DNA of 64,000 nt from Blastocystis sp. Blastoise (taxonomy: Eukaryota > Protista > Bigyra: Opalinata): contig JBBPEB010000002.1 in assembly GCA_039096225.1 (NCBI GenBank), forward strand, positions 868,001 through 932,000. Reading direction: 5' to 3'. A model generated the notes under the pieces. It had not been told where the DNA came from, made no database searches, and was given only the letters and a program-made list of their open reading frames with translations. The position numbers were made by a program, and so were the translations under genes. Each line of letters begins with the position of its first letter. Position 1 is the first letter of the stretch. Positions 61,450 to 64,000 of this stretch are shown piece after piece.

Positions 61450-62063
61450 TTAAACGAGCTCATATTGAAGATCTAAGATACTTACGGCCTCACCAAGATT
61501 CTCTATAGATATATAAAATAATTTGGAAACAAAATGTTGAAATGAAGAAAAATATCATAATTAGAATAACTAGTAAAATACCATCAAAGTCTGCGAATTC
61601 TTCAGATAAGTCAACGTCTTCAAAAACAGTTTCTCCAGTAGAAACAACATTAAAACCATTCTAAATAGATAAATAAATGTAGTTCATATGTATATTTTAT
61701 ATGTTAATAATAATCATATAGAATCTATCATACTGCAGGTTGCCATTCACAAGGTTCAATACCTCTGCAATCAAATTGAACAATTGGAGTTTTCTTTTCA
61801 AATGATTTAACAGGAACTAAAGACTTTTGATCTATACTAAGCGACCCAACTCTTTTACAAAATTTACAAGAGTAAACACAATTAGCTACACCTCTACCTC
61901 CAGGAATTTGTTCTTCATTAGATGCATCGATCTCAAGAAATTTAGGACTTGGCTCACCACATGATGTGCACTTCACTTTAACACGCCAAATAGTGTCTGG
62001 TAAAGGAACAATGCTATCAATGTTTTCAGTTTCAGCAGATATTTTTAAAGTAGTAATAGGCAT
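61450..62063 (-). CDS. CZIB: CXXC zinc-binding protein (UPF0587/C1orf123), 3 exons
   Basis: LKISAETENI..WRVKVKCTSCGE..IPGGRGVANCVYSCKFCKR..FDCRGIEPCEW..F.DVDLSEEFADFD..VSI. Confidence 0.92.
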
Positions 62064-62365
62064 TTTAAACACGTAAACACAAAATAATCAAGAATTACCA
62101 GTAATATAACAAAATAAAATGATCTATTTTTGTTTTTTGTTTTTTTAGATCATTTAACTGAAATGAAATAGAATTCCCTCAAAACTATTCATTTTCTTTA
62201 AACAAAGATCAACATCAGTATCCTATTTCAAATTGATGAGGATACCATTCTTAGCTTACCTTTACAACAATGAATTCAAAAATATGTTATATGTAAATAG
62301 AAAAAGATCCTGTTTCGTATTCATTACACTTTTTTATTCTTTCTTTCATTTGAACTAATTCAACT

Positions 62366-62810
62366 ATGGTATGTAGACACTCTACATAGTCTAATTATTA
62401 CGTATTGATGATAATTTTGATTCAATATACATAGTCTCTTTATGAATCTTCCAAATTAATGCCTAAAATCGTTGCTTATGGCTTTCCATCAATATATACT
62501 GAAGAAATGGTATTTAGAATAATGTTTATATGTTTTATAGCTTTAATAACATGCTTTTACTATGTATATTTCCATTTATAGGTTCACACAATTCTATCAA
62601 CATATGGCACAGTTTTATCAATAGATCTTATAAATACAGAATCTATTCAACTTACATTAAATCCAATAACTGACCAAAGTATATATTTTCAATTTAAAGT
62701 ACATTCAATAATAAGTCTTTAGATTGTTTATCATTCATTATTTTATATTCTTCCTTTGAAGAATGCGAAGAAAGTATTTATAAATACAATAACTTTGACA
62801 AAGTAAATAG

Positions 62811-62841
<31 letters not shown>

Positions 62842-64000
62842 GACTGTTCCTAATACTTATTTATTATATATGGATGATATTCAAATGGGTATATATTATT
62901 ATTTAATATATTTTATTTTATTTTATTTTTTTATTTTTTTTTTTATAATTATTTTATTTAATATATATTTTGTATTATTAATATATAAAGAGAATAAGAT
63001 ATTTATGGGGATGATTCCTTCAATGATTACAGAAAATGATATATATACATTATTATTGGTTTATGGAGATATTGAAGAACTTGTATTGGTTAAAGATCCG
63101 ATGACGCACCTTAGTAAAGGGTATAAATATTAATATATAATATTCTTGTATTTTTATTATAATTATTATTATTTTCAAATTTAATAATAATTTGATATTT
63201 TATAATTAATTATAGTATCATTATTTTTCTATTATATTTATATTTCGTTCTATTATATATAATCTAGATGCTGTTTCTGCAGATACAAAGAACGTATTTC
63301 AGCACTAAAAGCTATCTATTCTCTTAATGGACAATTCAGATTTCCTGTATATATTCATATATAATACTATATGTATTCATCTCATTATCATATATATATA
63401 TTCTATTTCTATTTTTTTTATAAACTATTAGAATATAATATTATTATTTATAATAATATAATTATTAATATTATAACTATTAAAGAAATTGCTATAAAAA
63501 TTAATTAATTATATAGTATGGCAAACAAACCGTAATAGTTCGATTTGCCGATACATTTAAACAGCGATATATAAAACATAATAAAGATCAGCCTTCCTCT
63601 CCAACATCAATTACCGCCACTTTTCCCGCCAATTCAAACACATATTCCACGAATACTATAAATCATAATAGTAACACTAATAATAATTATACATATTCTA
63701 CTCAAACTCCTTTTCCTTCTCCTTCTCCTCTTTTCTCTTCTTCCTCTTATATTCATCCTTTAAGACCTTTCTCCTCTACTATATATATACCCTCCTACCC
63801 AACCTCTTATATACCTTCATCCTCTACTATGTATTTGAATATATATTATATTATAATTATTATATACTATTAATTATATTATATTATATTATATATTCTA
63901 GATGTGATCCATTTCTCTATTCGCATTCATTTCTACCTTATTATGCAGATCAGTGTATATACATTTATAACTAGTTCATGTCTATTATTATACATATATT
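62366..64000 (+). CDS. CELF/BRUNO/FCA-like RRM RNA-binding protein (runs off the window end)
   Basis: ENKIFMGMIP..YGDIEELVLVKD..SKGCCFCRY..AIYSLNG..VIVRFADT; a degenerate first RRM; an ATG-only first exon is inferred. Confidence 0.78.

Overview
This is a gene-dense, extremely AT-rich, intron-rich eukaryotic window read with the standard genetic code. I reconstructed 24 protein-coding genes by hand-splicing GT-AG introns, plus one tRNA-Pro(TGG). Recognisable genes: a PH/FH3/FH2 formin, YJU2, TBP, HSP20, a GRAB-domain golgin, RPN12, MAM33, a DHHC palmitoyltransferase, an Aurora-like kinase, a LiuC-type crotonase, WBP11, MetAP1, a choline/ethanolamine kinase, PAM18, NFS1, TRM112, CZIB and a CELF-like RRM protein. 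The compact intergenics, 33-40 nt introns and gene content suggest a stramenopile protist, possibly a Blastocystis relative (inference only). Main points of interest: (1) a trypsin-fold protease with a His-Asp-Cys triad (GMCGGP), like viral 3C proteases, but encoded by a spliced cellular gene; (2) introns bracketed at both ends by self-complementary (TA)n tracts instead of polypyrimidine tracts; (3) a formin with an expanding array of CCDC53-like helical modules and almost no FH1 polyproline; (4) a GT-AA intron in the Aurora-like kinase; (5) a pseudokinase-PH fusion. Exon boundaries were read manually and may be off by a few bases.
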